DNA of 64,000 nt, from assembly GCA_943788915.1 (NCBI GenBank), contig CALSSD010000004.1, positions 124,001 through 188,000 of the forward strand, written 5' to 3'. Positions 50,128-60,199 of the stretch are shown here, one piece after another. The position numbers and the translations under genes are program-made. Numbering within the stretch: the first letter of the stretch is position 1; every line of letters starts with the position of its first letter. Under the pieces are notes generated by a model. The model worked only from the letters and a program-made list of their open reading frames with translations. It did no database searches and had not been told where the DNA came from. Source of the DNA: an uncultured Acidimicrobiales bacterium (GTDB lineage: Bacteria; Actinomycetota; Acidimicrobiia; Acidimicrobiales; UBA10347).

Positions 50128-52416
50128 TCATCCACCCACGGCTTCGAGGTGGGCTGGCACATGTTTATGCCATGGCGTGCCCGCGTATTCGTCTTTCCAG
50201 TCCAGCGTGGTGAGCTCGTTTGGTGGCACACCAACAACGTCGCTGTCGCCTTCGGCCTCGGCGTAGAGGCCCATGCCGTTGGGGATCGATATGTGGCCGT
50301 CTTGCATGGTGTCATTCACCTCGACCGGAGCGACCGCTGAGCCGCCGGGGGTGGTGATGCGGATCTTGTCGCCGTTCACTACGCCAAGCGCATCGGCGTC
50401 GGCCGGGCTAAGCCGCAAGGCTCCGTCGGGGTCCTTCTTGCGCCAGGTTGCATCGCGCATGATGGTGTTGGCGGTGAATGCTCGACGTTCGCCTGCCGAC
50501 AAGATGAACGGGAAGTCGGCGCTGCGGTGATCGATAGGAGCGGACGCGAGTGCCGCCAGGTCGTCTAGGAGTTCGGGGATCTCGGCATGCACCTTGCCGT
50601 CGCTCGTCCGCACCATTGCCCAGCCCTGTTCATAGGTGTGTTTAGTGATCGTGACACCATCGCGGCTGGTGATGATCGCGTTGAACAGTGCGTCGCCCAG
50701 GTCCTCGTCGGCGACATCTTCGAACCCGGCAGCCTTGACTGCGTCGGTGAATCGCATGGCGCACTGGTGGGCCGAGAACCACACTGGTGCTGCGTCGGCC
50801 ATACCGTCGGGGAGTGTGTCACCCAGGGTCAGGTACATCACGATCGGACCGATCGCTGCCATTGCCGGGTTGGCCTTGTTGGCATCGGTGAGCGCGGCGC
50901 CGAACGGTTTGAGTCCGTCGTGAGCGGCAGCTCGGAGTTCGTCGATGATGTCGTCGTCTATCAGGCCAAGCTCGCGAGCAATGCGGGCATGGATATCGGC
51001 TTCGGGCAAGGTGCCCTCGAGCGGCTCGAAGATGGGAGCTCGCACGGTGAAGTGGTTCTCGGGGAACGCAGCGCCAAAGAACGTCGCTTCGGACTTCTCG
51101 TATTGCGACGATGCCGGAAGGACGTAACTTGCTTCGCGAGCGGTCTCGGTCATCGCTATGTCGATGACGACCGAGAAGTCGAGCGCTCGCATGGCTTCGC
51201 GCCACCGTGGACTCTCGGCTAGTGAGTGCACGGGGTTGGCACTCTCGATGAACATGCCACGCATGCGGTCGAGGTGGTCGGTCATGATCATGTCGGGGAT
51301 CTCGTTGCACGGAACAAGGCCGGAGATAATGCGGCCGCCAGTGACAGGGGCCTTTGGTTCGTTGCCGGTGGCGCCGTAGCTGTACATCGGTACCAGGCCT
51401 GAGTGGGTGGTCGTGCCGCCGGGCACGTTGAAGCTGCCGACGAGGATCCAGATGAGTCGCTGGAGATACGACACCAAGGTCGAATGCGGGGCCATCTCGA
51501 TGCCGAGGTCTTCATAGATCGATACGCCGCCGGTTGCCTTGCCGATACGCCGAGCGGTGGCGCGGATCTGGGTTTCGTCGATGCCGCAACGCTGCGAGAA
51601 ATCGGCAACGTCGACGGTGCTGAGTTCGCGAAGGACCCGTTCAATACCGGTGGCGTGTTCGGCCAGCCATGCATGGTTGACCATGTCTTCCTGCACCAGC
51701 ACTCCCAGGAGTGCAGCGACGCAGAAGGCATCGGTGCCCGGTTTCACGGCAAGGTGAAAGTCAGCCAGGTCGGCGGTTTCGCTGCGCCGAGGGTCGATCA
51801 CGATCATCGATCGCTCGGGATCCTTACTGATGTCCTTCAAAACTCGGCGGGCCTCGTTGAAGCCATGGCTGTGCCACGGGTTCTTGCCCAGGAAGATGGA
51901 GACTTCGGCATGATGGAAATCGCCGTGGGTGTGAGCTCCGGTCAGATGGCCCTCGACCCATGCCTCGCCGGTTTTCTCTTGCGCGAGTGCGTTTGAGCGG
52001 ACGGTGATACCAAGGGCCCGCCGGGTGGCAGAACCGTAAACCCCAACCAGGTGGTTGCCCTGCCCGCCGCCGCCGTAATACATGACTTTGTCTTGACCGT
52101 GGGCTTGCCCGATCGCGGTAAACCCGGCGGCTACGTCGCGAATAGCGGTGTCCCAGTCGACGGCGGTGTAGCTGCCGTCGGGTTCACGGCGCATAGGCGA
52201 TTGCAGTCGCTTCATGCCGTTCTGATAGTGGTTTAGCCGCAGGGCCTTTTCGCACGTGTAACCGAGCGAAGCAACATGTGATTTGTTGCCACGAACGCGG
52301 GTAATCTCACGCCCGTCGACTCGGAGCTCCACACCACAGTTCGCCGAACACAAGATGCACACGGTCTTGTGCCACTCGTCAGGTACTGCGGTCTCAGAGG
52401 AAGCTGTCGCTGTCAT
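50128..52416 (-). CDS. Molybdopterin (bis-MGD) oxidoreductase catalytic subunit
   Basis: CILCSANC...CEK Fe-S motif, GKNP..SHG, VIDPRRSETA, ESANP, MTETA..A.YVLP, C-terminal binding domain. Confidence 0.92.
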   Translation of the reverse strand: MTATASSETAVPDEWHKTVCILCSANCGVELRVDGREITRVRGNKSHVASLGYTCEKALRLNHYQNGMKRLQSPMRREPDGSYTAVDWDTAIRDVAAGFTAIGQAHGQDKVMYYGGGGQGNHLVGVYGSATRRALGITVRSNALAQEKTGEAWVEGHLTGAHTHGDFHHAEVSIFLGKNPWHSHGFNEARRVLKDISKDPERSMIVIDPRRSETADLADFHLAVKPGTDAFCVAALLGVLVQEDMVNHAWLAEHATGIERVLRELSTVDVADFSQRCGIDETQIRATARRIGKATGGVSIYEDLGIEMAPHSTLVSYLQRLIWILVGSFNVPGGTTTHSGLVPMYSYGATGNEPKAPVTGGRIISGLVPCNEIPDMIMTDHLDRMRGMFIESANPVHSLAESPRWREAMRALDFSVVIDIAMTETAREASYVLPASSQYEKSEATFFGAAFPENHFTVRAPIFEPLEGTLPEADIHARIARELGLIDDDIIDELRAAAHDGLKPFGAALTDANKANPAMAAIGPIVMYLTLGDTLPDGMADAAPVWFSAHQCAMRFTDAVKAAGFEDVADEDLGDALFNAIITSRDGVTITKHTYEQGWAMVRTSDGKVHAEIPELLDDLAALASAPIDHRSADFPFILSAGERRAFTANTIMRDATWRKKDPDGALRLSPADADALGVVNGDKIRITTPGGSAVAPVEVNDTMQDGHISIPNGMGLYAEAEGDSDVVGVPPNELTTLDWKDEYAGTPWHKHVPAHLEAVGG

Positions 52417-52559
52417 ATTTTCGCCTTTGTTTGGTCGGGTGTGAAGGGCGGGGCTGCGAATCCAACGTACCGACCGCTGTCGCAGGAGGTCAACCGGAAG
52501 CACCAGAGGTGTTGCACCATGTCGTTCGCCAAACAGACCAGGTAGCTGGTTCCCGGGGA

Positions 52560-52610
52560 GCAAATTTGGAGCCTGATGTACCAAATAGGTACGTGAGGCT
52601 CCTTATTTGC
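52560..52610. repeat. Intergenic palindrome family C, copy 1
   Basis: GCAAAT-TT-GGAGCCT-GA-TGTACC-AAATA-GGTACG-TG-AGGCTCC-TT-ATTTGC; degenerate copy at 55396-55440. Confidence 0.65.
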
Positions 52611-52688
52611 GTTGTGGGGGGACGGTCGTAATGTGCCGGACAGGTTCTGTCGGCGGTGGAGACCTCTTTTGGCTAGTAGGTTCCGGCG

Positions 52689-53576
52689 ATGCTTCGCATT
52701 ATGTCGCTGAATGTCGGGTCGTTATTTGAGCCGGACTGGGAGACGCGTCGCCACGAGGTCGTCGCCCAGATCCTGCAGGCTGATGCCGACGTCGTGTGCC
52801 TGCAAGAGCTGTGGCGCGAGAGCGCTGACGTCGGCATCACCGAATGGCTTGTCGAAGCACTCGGCCAGGCAGGTTTGCCGTATCACTTCATCTTTGGTGG
52901 CCATGGGTTCGGCGCGTTCGGTGAACAGAACCCCGACTTTCGGTTCGGTTCGGCGGTGTTAAGCCGGTGGCCAATCGAAGAGCAACATTTGTGGGCGCTG
53001 CCGACAGCCGAAGATCCCCACGATCCGTTACCAGCGATGATGCCGTGGGAGTTACTTCATGCCCGCACCGCCGGGCTCGACATCTTCACCACCCATCTGG
53101 CGCCTGCGCCGACACACGGTCGGCATCGCAAACTCCAGGTGCTCGAGATCGACAAGCTGATTCGCGAGATCCGGGCTGATCTCGACAGTTATGAGTGGGG
53201 TGGGCAACGGGTGCCGATGCCTCCGATCCTGACCGGCGACTTCAACGCCGAACCCGACAGCGATGAGATCCGTTTCCTCAAAGGTTTCACGATCTTCAAC
53301 GAACGCACCACGTTCTTCCAGGACGCATGGGCGGTCGCCGGCGACGATGGGCCTGGTTACACCAGCGATTGGCGCACACATCCGCTGTCGGAGATGCTCA
53401 ATATTCATCGCAAACGCATCGACTACATTTTTGTGGGCGATCCGTTCCGTCGTGCCGGAAACATTGGCCGAGTGCTGGACTGTCGGGTGGTGGCGAACGA
53501 GCCGATCACCGGCGTGCAGGCCAGCGATCACCGTGGCCTCGTCGCCGAAGTCACCTGGCCTACCCGTCCCGACTAG
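52689..53576 (+). CDS. Endonuclease/exonuclease/phosphatase (EEP) family protein
   Basis: MSLNV, LQE, LSRWPI, TTHL, GDFN, RIDYIF, SDH. Confidence 0.92.
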   Translation: MLRIMSLNVGSLFEPDWETRRHEVVAQILQADADVVCLQELWRESADVGITEWLVEALGQAGLPYHFIFGGHGFGAFGEQNPDFRFGSAVLSRWPIEEQHLWALPTAEDPHDPLPAMMPWELLHARTAGLDIFTTHLAPAPTHGRHRKLQVLEIDKLIREIRADLDSYEWGGQRVPMPPILTGDFNAEPDSDEIRFLKGFTIFNERTTFFQDAWAVAGDDGPGYTSDWRTHPLSEMLNIHRKRIDYIFVGDPFRRAGNIGRVLDCRVVANEPITGVQASDHRGLVAEVTWPTRPD

Positions 53577-53622
53577 GCCAGACGTAACTTCTCGTTGGAA
53601 GGCACAGCACTAGTCTTGGCGG

Positions 53623-54351
53623 ATGTCTGACCGCGCCGCTCCTGTTGGCTTCTTCGATGATGGGTCGCCCTACCTGTCACATCCGTTGTTGACGGCGGAG
53701 CGCACCGCGGCCGAGATCGATGAGGTCGAACGGTTGGTTGGTTCGGTAGCGGGCCGGGTGCTCGATGTTGGGTGTGGGTTCGGTCGCCACAGTATTGAAC
53801 TGGCATCACGGGGCGCCGATGTGACGGGTATTGATCCTTCCTCGGCAATGGTCAGCGCCGCTCGTGAGCGGGCGGCTGAAGCAAAACAGTTCGCCGACTT
53901 CATCTGTATCGACGCGGCTGACCTGCGCGATGTCGCCCGGTATGACCTGGCGATCTGTCTGTTCACCACCTTTGGTCAGCTGGCCAAAGCCACCACCGAT
54001 GATGCTCCCCACCTGGCGTTACTCCGACGGACGCGCCAAGCCCTGCGCCCCGGCGGGAAGCTGGTGATCGAAGTTCCCGATCGAGATCGAGCACTCGACG
54101 TTTTGGTCGATAGCGAACGGCTTGGGTCCACCGCCGTGACTCGCCGCTTCGATACCCGGACGTCGATCATGACCGAACGGTTTGAGCTGGATACCGGCGC
54201 CCTCTATGTACTGCGGTATCGCCTCTTCGATACCACCGAACTTGTTGACCTGGTGCACGACGCCGGCCTCGATATTCAGCACGTGCTTCATCACGGACTG
54301 GTCCAGCCTCCACAGACCATGACTACCCTCGTTGCCGAACGTCCTGCATAA
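53623..54351 (+). CDS. Class I SAM-dependent methyltransferase
   Basis: VLDVGCGFGRH, GID, YDL, LRPGGKL. Confidence 0.9.
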   Translation: MSDRAAPVGFFDDGSPYLSHPLLTAERTAAEIDEVERLVGSVAGRVLDVGCGFGRHSIELASRGADVTGIDPSSAMVSAARERAAEAKQFADFICIDAADLRDVARYDLAICLFTTFGQLAKATTDDAPHLALLRRTRQALRPGGKLVIEVPDRDRALDVLVDSERLGSTAVTRRFDTRTSIMTERFELDTGALYVLRYRLFDTTELVDLVHDAGLDIQHVLHHGLVQPPQTMTTLVAERPA

Positions 54352-54665
54352 GCCGAGGTGGTCGACGCTAATCACGTGTTTGCCACGGCCCGAGCATCTT
54401 CACGACCAGCGGGGAAGCCTTGGACCCGTTCTGGAAGGTTGGGTTGCCAGCTGCATCATCGGCCTCTCTCTAGGGAGATTGGTGCGTCCGTGGCGTTGCC
54501 CTTCAGCGGTCCAAACCTTCTCGACGTTGGCCAGCGGCGGTGCCACCGCTGTTGCGCTGCCGACATCGACGCGCATCACCACGAGCTTCTCTAGGGATGC
54601 AGGAACTAGTCAAGCGTGCGATGGGTGTTGCTGATTGTGCGTTGTCAGTTGTAATGCCTGCGGCC

Positions 54666-55389
54666 ATGCGGCGTCTTGGGCAGGTGATCAAACCTGGCTG
54701 GTATGTCGACTACGAAAATCCGAAACAGATGCGGTACCACGACGGCGCTGTATGGACCGACTATGTGCATGCCGATCGTCAGAATCTTCCTGGAGCGCCA
54801 TTCGCTTCTGCGGTGCAAGACGTTGTTGTTGGCGACACTGCCGTAAAGCAGGATGCGCCATGGGTGAAGTTGGCGGGTTTCGTGATGCTAGGGCTCTTTG
54901 TCGGCCTCGTGCTCGGGCTGTTCATGTTCAATGGCGTCGGAGCGATTACACCTACCACTGAAGCCGCTGGCACGGTCGAACGCATCGACATCGAGATCAC
55001 ATCAAGCACCAACGCGACCAACCGTCGGACGTATGTGCTGTTGCGTACGACCTCTGCCGGTGAGTCGTGGAAGATCGTCGACGAGGATGCGTACAACACG
55101 CTGCAGTCCGAGGGATACCCCCAACCGGTCACGCTCGCGATAGGTGACTGGACTGGAACACTCGAGCGGGTGAAAGAAAACACGTTCGTCGTCGACCATC
55201 AGTCCACCGGTCCGCGTCGGTTGGGCCTCAGCGATCGGTTTCATTGGTGTGGCAAGTTTGGCCTCGGCCTTCTTCATCGGCCGGTCAAAATGAGGGGGTT
55301 CGCTTGTGGCGCTTGCATTCCTGGTTTGTGTGCTGGGTCCCAGAAGTTGGCTTGGTTGCCAAGCAGCGCAATGGATCCAATCCCCCTGA
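54666..55389 (+). pseudogene. DUF2510-domain membrane protein with a disrupted 3' part
   Basis: PGWYVD...MRYHDGAVWT; frameshift near 55213 and TGA near 55291 within further TM-like segments. Confidence 0.6.
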
Positions 55390-55848
55390 CCAGACGCAAA
55401 TTAGGAACCGGATATGTGGAATAGGTACGTGGGGCTCCGTAGAAGCGTTGTTAGGACACGCACTTGCTTTCTGAAAGGGGGTGGCTGGCCAAGGTTGGGC
55501 CATCCAACCATCGACCCAGCCGCATATCTGGGAATCACATTCGCAGAGTTCGCTGGACAGGTGACGGCCCTCGACGGTGAAGATTCCAGAATGAGATTCG
55601 AGGCGAGCGGTGCCGGGCAGAGCCCAAGTGAAATCCTGGTTCGCTTGGTTGCGGGGGTGGAAAGAAAGCCCGTGGTGCGTTGACGGTGCTTTGACCGTCG
55701 AGCCGAAGGCCACAATCAGTATCCGGTGGGCTGCGCCAGTCGATGTTCCCCAGACAGGTATCATCTCCTATGAACTCGCTCCCACCCCGGGCCCCACGTC
55801 AGCTCTGTCCTTTGATGTGCGGTGGCGGGCCCGAACGACCGTAGGAAC

Positions 55849-56865
55849 ATGATGGCATTCAAACTCGAAAGCCTTGCAGACGCCTGTGGCGTAGAAGACC
55901 CCAGCCGGGTGTGCAGCCGCGTCTTTGAGTGGACCGACAACGCGGCGCTGGCCGGCCTTTCCGAGTGGGTTATTGATCGACCTTTACGGATCCTACTCAT
56001 CCTCGTTGTGGCCCGGGTACTGAACCGACTGGCTCGCCGCGGCATCGCCTCGCTGAGCGATCGCATACGGAATACTCCCCACAATCCGCGACTTGCCCAG
56101 CTGCGTCAGCTCGGTGTCGAAGATAAGAACAGTGACTCGACGGTGGCCGAACGGGCGCCGGCCCGGGCCGAAGCCATCGAGGCGGTGCTTAAGAGCGTGG
56201 TTTCGGTTTCGATCTGGATCGTTGCCCTGCTCTTGGTGCTCGGCGAACTCGATATCAACTTGGCGCCGCTGATCGCTGGCGCCGGTGTGGCCGGTATCGC
56301 ACTCGGTTTCGGTGCTCAATCGATCGTGCGTGACTTCCTGGCCGGGCTGTTCATCCTGATCGAGGATCAGTATGGCGTGGGAGACGTGATCGAGGTCGGC
56401 GACATCGTCGGCACGGTTGAGAATATCTCGCTCCGCACCACTCGGGTGCGCAATGTCGAGGGAACCGTATGGCATCTGGCCAACGGTGAGATTAGCAAGG
56501 TTGGCAACCACTCACAGCTATGGTCAAATTGTGTGATCGATGTCGACGTCGCCTACGAAACTGACGTGCGCGTTGCCATGGAGGTGCTCGATGGCGTCGC
56601 AGACGCAATGTGGCAGGAGTCGATGGCTGGCGCGGCATCGACCATCATTGCCGATCCAATCGTGCAGGGGATCCAGAACTTGGGCGAGAGTGCCGTGACC
56701 TTGCGGCTCGTGGTCAAGACCGAACCGCTCTCCCAGTGGCAGGTACAGCGTGACCTGCGGCTGCGGATCAAGGAGGCCTTCGACGCCGAGGGCATCACGA
56801 TCCCGTTCCCACAGCGCACCGTGCGTGTTGTCACCGACGTGCCTTCCGAACCAGGCACCAGCTGA
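55849..56865 (+). CDS. mscS: Small-conductance mechanosensitive channel
   Basis: AGVAGIALGFGAQ, EDQYGVGD, LRTT, NGEI, IPFPQR. Confidence 0.92.
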   Translation: MMAFKLESLADACGVEDPSRVCSRVFEWTDNAALAGLSEWVIDRPLRILLILVVARVLNRLARRGIASLSDRIRNTPHNPRLAQLRQLGVEDKNSDSTVAERAPARAEAIEAVLKSVVSVSIWIVALLLVLGELDINLAPLIAGAGVAGIALGFGAQSIVRDFLAGLFILIEDQYGVGDVIEVGDIVGTVENISLRTTRVRNVEGTVWHLANGEISKVGNHSQLWSNCVIDVDVAYETDVRVAMEVLDGVADAMWQESMAGAASTIIADPIVQGIQNLGESAVTLRLVVKTEPLSQWQVQRDLRLRIKEAFDAEGITIPFPQRTVRVVTDVPSEPGTS

Positions 56866-56982
56866 AACCACGTCCATCGGGTAGGTGATCGGATCACGGT
56901 CTGTCGTTGGTGGACCACTCTTTCGCCGCATTTGTATTGGCACGAGATCCGTTTGTGCCTCATTTCTAGGAGTAGCTGAGTT

Positions 56983-57816
56983 ATGAAGTTTGGAATCATT
57001 CTTCCGAATAATTGGGGGATCGCTGATCCAGTGGCCGTGGCTGACATGGCGGTCGAAGCCGAGGATCTCGGAATCGATTCTGTATGGGTCAACCATCACA
57101 TCGTCAACGCAGGTTACATCGCAGACCGGCTCGGCAACACGCCGTATCACGATGCGCTCACTGTGCTCACGTGGGCCGCGGCAAGAACCGAGCGGGTCAA
57201 ACTTGGCACGTCGGTGCTGGTCATGCCGTACCTGCATCCGATGGTCACGGCCAAGGCGCTGGCCACGCTTGACCTGATGAGTGGCGGGCGAGTCGTTCCA
57301 GGACTCGGTGTTGGAAGTCTTCCCGAAGAGAACGAGATACTCGGCGTTCTCTATGAAGCGCGGGGCTCGTTCGGCGATGAATTCATCGAGGTCATGCAAA
57401 CGTTGTGGACCGAAGATAACGCGAGGTACCACGGGGATCACTTCCACTTTGCCGATGTGATCACGTCGCCGAAGCCAGCGCAGTCGACCATGCCCGTCTG
57501 GATCGGCGGCGCGGGTGCACCTGCTCGTCGCCGAGCCGCGAAGTATGGAACCGGTTGGCATCCGATGGTTTCAGTAGAAGGCCTCGAACGTCGTATGCCG
57601 GCGATGCTCCAAGCGCTCGAGGCAAACGGCCGTGAGCGCAACAGCCTGACGATTGCACCCCGAGTCGACGTCACCTCCTTGCCTGATGCCGCTTCGATCG
57701 ATGCCTGGCGCCAGGCTGGTGCCGACGAACTCATCGTCGGCATCGGCAGCCCCGACCTTGCCGACCATCGAGCGGGCCTGACCCACGTCGCTGAACTGGC
57801 AAACGCGGTCGTCTAA
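56983..57816 (+). CDS. LLM class F420-dependent oxidoreductase (Rv2161c-like)
   Basis: SVWVNHH, AARTERVKLGTSVLVMP, ATLD..SGGR, PKPAQ, VWIGG. Confidence 0.88.
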   Translation: MKFGIILPNNWGIADPVAVADMAVEAEDLGIDSVWVNHHIVNAGYIADRLGNTPYHDALTVLTWAAARTERVKLGTSVLVMPYLHPMVTAKALATLDLMSGGRVVPGLGVGSLPEENEILGVLYEARGSFGDEFIEVMQTLWTEDNARYHGDHFHFADVITSPKPAQSTMPVWIGGAGAPARRRAAKYGTGWHPMVSVEGLERRMPAMLQALEANGRERNSLTIAPRVDVTSLPDAASIDAWRQAGADELIVGIGSPDLADHRAGLTHVAELANAVV

Positions 57817-57851
57817 CCACAGTTGCTAGGTCATGTTGTGCAGCGTCGCTC

Positions 57852-57878
57852 GTCATGCGGGGTCAGACCCCACATGAC
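57852..57878. repeat. REP-like palindrome (GGGGTCAGACCCC core)
   Basis: GTCATGCGGGGTC-A-GACCCCACATGAC between convergent genes. Confidence 0.65.
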
Positions 57879-57944
57879 ACGTTGCCGCTAGGGGAGCGCG
57901 AACAGGACGGGTAGATGTTGCAGAGTTACGCGTTCGCCCGGGCT

Positions 57945-58766
57945 CTAGCGAGGTGCGTCTGGCTGAGCTGAAAGCACAAGTTTGACCTGGCGGGCTACGG
58001 CCACAAGTGCGCCTGATTCGTCCCACAACCAACCGTCTTCGATCGTGCGATTACCAGCGGCATCGGTGGTGCGGAAGTGGCCCCGGATCCAGCCTTCGAC
58101 CGGGCGCCGCCGCACATGCACGGTGAGCTCGATCGTGGGCACCCAGCCGATGAAGCCGACCTTGGAAAAGAGAGGTGGAGGGAACGCGTCGGCGAAGAGC
58201 GGTAGCGAGTGGGCATCGACAGGACGGCCGTCGCTAAACCGGATCCAGCCGGTGATTGCGGCCTCGCGGCCAGACCCGGCAACAGCATGGTCAGGATGAA
58301 TACGTACGTCGAGGCGACTCATGATGGGCAGAACCACGCCCTGTTCCAGATCGGTGCGGGACACACAATCGTCGGGGTCGGGAATAGGTGCCACCGGTGT
58401 TTCGATGTCCACGACTGCTTCGGCATCGGTGAGGTCAGTGAATGCGGCAATGGACTCGATGCGGGTCTTGCCAGCCTGAACGAGGCGCCCCCTGACCGTG
58501 CCGATCCTGCGACCGGTTCGAATCATTTCGACCTCGATTTCGGCCGGCGCATCACCCGTGCCCGGTCGAAGATAGTGGGTGGTGATCGACAGAGGGTCAG
58601 CGTGACCAGAGACGGACTGCATGGCCTTGGCCAGTGGCGCGAGCAGGTAGCCGCCGTTGGGATTGTCGCCGATGTTCCAGTCACTGGTCAGGTGTGTTTG
58701 CCAGTGGGTGTCGTCGATCGGAACGAGCGCTGTCTCTTCATCGAACTGATATGCCACGGCCGCCAT
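57945..58766 (-). CDS. TesB-like thioesterase family protein
   Basis: W...PNGGY, HYLRP, DAFPP, WVPTIELTVH, EDGWLWD..G.LVA..RQ. Confidence 0.88.
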   Translation of the reverse strand: MAAVAYQFDEETALVPIDDTHWQTHLTSDWNIGDNPNGGYLLAPLAKAMQSVSGHADPLSITTHYLRPGTGDAPAEIEVEMIRTGRRIGTVRGRLVQAGKTRIESIAAFTDLTDAEAVVDIETPVAPIPDPDDCVSRTDLEQGVVLPIMSRLDVRIHPDHAVAGSGREAAITGWIRFSDGRPVDAHSLPLFADAFPPPLFSKVGFIGWVPTIELTVHVRRRPVEGWIRGHFRTTDAAGNRTIEDGWLWDESGALVAVARQVKLVLSAQPDAPR

Positions 58767-58818
58767 GCTGCCAGTCCCTGCGCCCGCTCCCAAACCAGCC
58801 GGTTGCGGACGTTCCCAT

Positions 58819-58857
58819 TGCTAAACATGACGGTGCCAGGCACCGTCATGTTTAGCA
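58819..58857. repeat. REP-like palindrome family B with perfect 19-bp arms
   Basis: TGCTAAACATGACGGTGCC-A-GGCACCGTCATGTTTAGCA. Confidence 0.8.
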
Positions 58858-58872
58858 GAGCAGACTGCGTGG

Positions 58873-60181
58873 ATGGCAGAGCCGCTGAAGAACATGTTTG
58901 GGCCCGAGATGGTGCATGGCGTTGCGCTGGCATTAGCCGCGGTACACGCTGATTTCGATGGCGCCGGGTTTACATCCCAGGCGCTCGCCGGCTTCAACGA
59001 CCTTGAGCTGACACCACGCTGCAAACAGATCGCAGCAGCGATGGCCGACTACCTGCCCACCGATCGGGGACAGGCGATCGACATTGTGGTGGCGTCGCTT
59101 GGCCCTGAGATCTGCAACCTCGACGCCGCAGTGGTCTGAACCCCAGACCGAGATGGCGCTACCGCACCCACCCGAGCCCAGACCAGCAACCAGTCACGCC
59201 GCCAAACGCCATCACCAAACACCAACCAACCGCCAAGCCCCCCACCGGGACGCTTTTCCGCACCCTGCTAGAGAACTGCGATCCTGCCGACGCTGCACCC
59301 ACTGGCGACCAGGCGATCGATGACCATCCGATGTCGGGTTTCTTCTACATGCCGCACGGTTACTTCTTGGCCGATCATGGTGGTGATCACTTCGACCGTG
59401 TCATGACTGCGAACTATGAGATCACCAAACGGGCCACCAGCGAGTTCAGCATTCGCACGCCGCTCCGCGATGCCACTGGCCCCACGCTCGACCGACTCGC
59501 CGTATGGGCGCGTGATCCCAACGTCCACGTACGTCGGCTCGTGAGCGAAGGCACCCGGCCCCGGTTGCCGTGGTCGTTCCGGTTGAAGCAGTTCCAGGAG
59601 GACCCGCGTCCCGTGATTGTGCTGCTCGAGGAACTCAAGGATGACCCGGTCGAGTACGTACGCCGATCGGTTGCGAACAATCTTAATGACCTCGCCAAGG
59701 ATCATCCCGACCTCGTGATCGAGGTGGCTCGCAGGTGGTGGTCAGACGGTGATTACCATCGTCGTCGACTCGTTCGTCACGGGCTGCGCACCCTGATCAA
59801 GGCCGCGAACCTTGAAGCACTCGATGTGCTTGGCTACGGCCCCAGCTCGGCAGCGAAGGTTGCCACCGTGACCGTGGGTCCACAGTCGCTTCCGATCGGT
59901 GGCAAGATCACGATCGAGGTCGTGGTACATAACCCAAGCGACGGCCCGGCGGGTGCCCTGGTCGATCTCCGAGTGCACTTTGTCAAGGCGAACGGCACCA
60001 CCAGCGCCAAGGTATTCAAGGGCGCCGAGCTCAACCTCGAGTCCGGGGAGAGCGGCACAGTGCGCAAGTCGGTGTCGGTCGCGCAGCACACGACTCGTAC
60101 CCACTACCGGGCGTACATCGGGTCGAGGTCGTGCTCAACGGTGCCACCGTGCCCGCAGGTTCGTTCGTACTCACTGACTAG
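58873..60181 (+). pseudogene. AlkC-like HEAT-repeat DNA alkylation repair glycosylase, interrupted by an IS remnant and frameshifted near 60107
   Basis: MAEPLKN, LEL..R, TSEFSIR, HVRRLVSEGTRPRLPW, YVRRSVANNLND, KVFK, TTR.HY. Confidence 0.85.
59110..59271 (+). mobile_element. Right-end remnant of an IS5-type element
   Basis: ICNLDAAVV* tail, then A/C-rich spacer, then TTTTCCGCACCCTG-CTAG (13/14 identical to the end at 9937-9950). Confidence 0.8.
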
Positions 60182-60199
60182 TGCAGTACCGTTGCACCC

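Noticed and set aside
52689..54351. EEP nuclease plus methyltransferase as a restriction-modification or defence pair
   Set aside because: The methyltransferase is small-molecule type with no DPPY/NPPY or PC motif, and each gene has its own leaderless promoter
54352..54660. Short ORFs in this gap (similarly 33250-33500, 44324-44480, 49890-50120, 55450-55830)
   Set aside because: No recognisable motif or consistent frame; possibly decayed genes but not supportable
9954..59110. Composite transposon between the two IS ends
   Set aside because: Both termini have the same orientation on the + strand and the interval contains ordinary housekeeping genes
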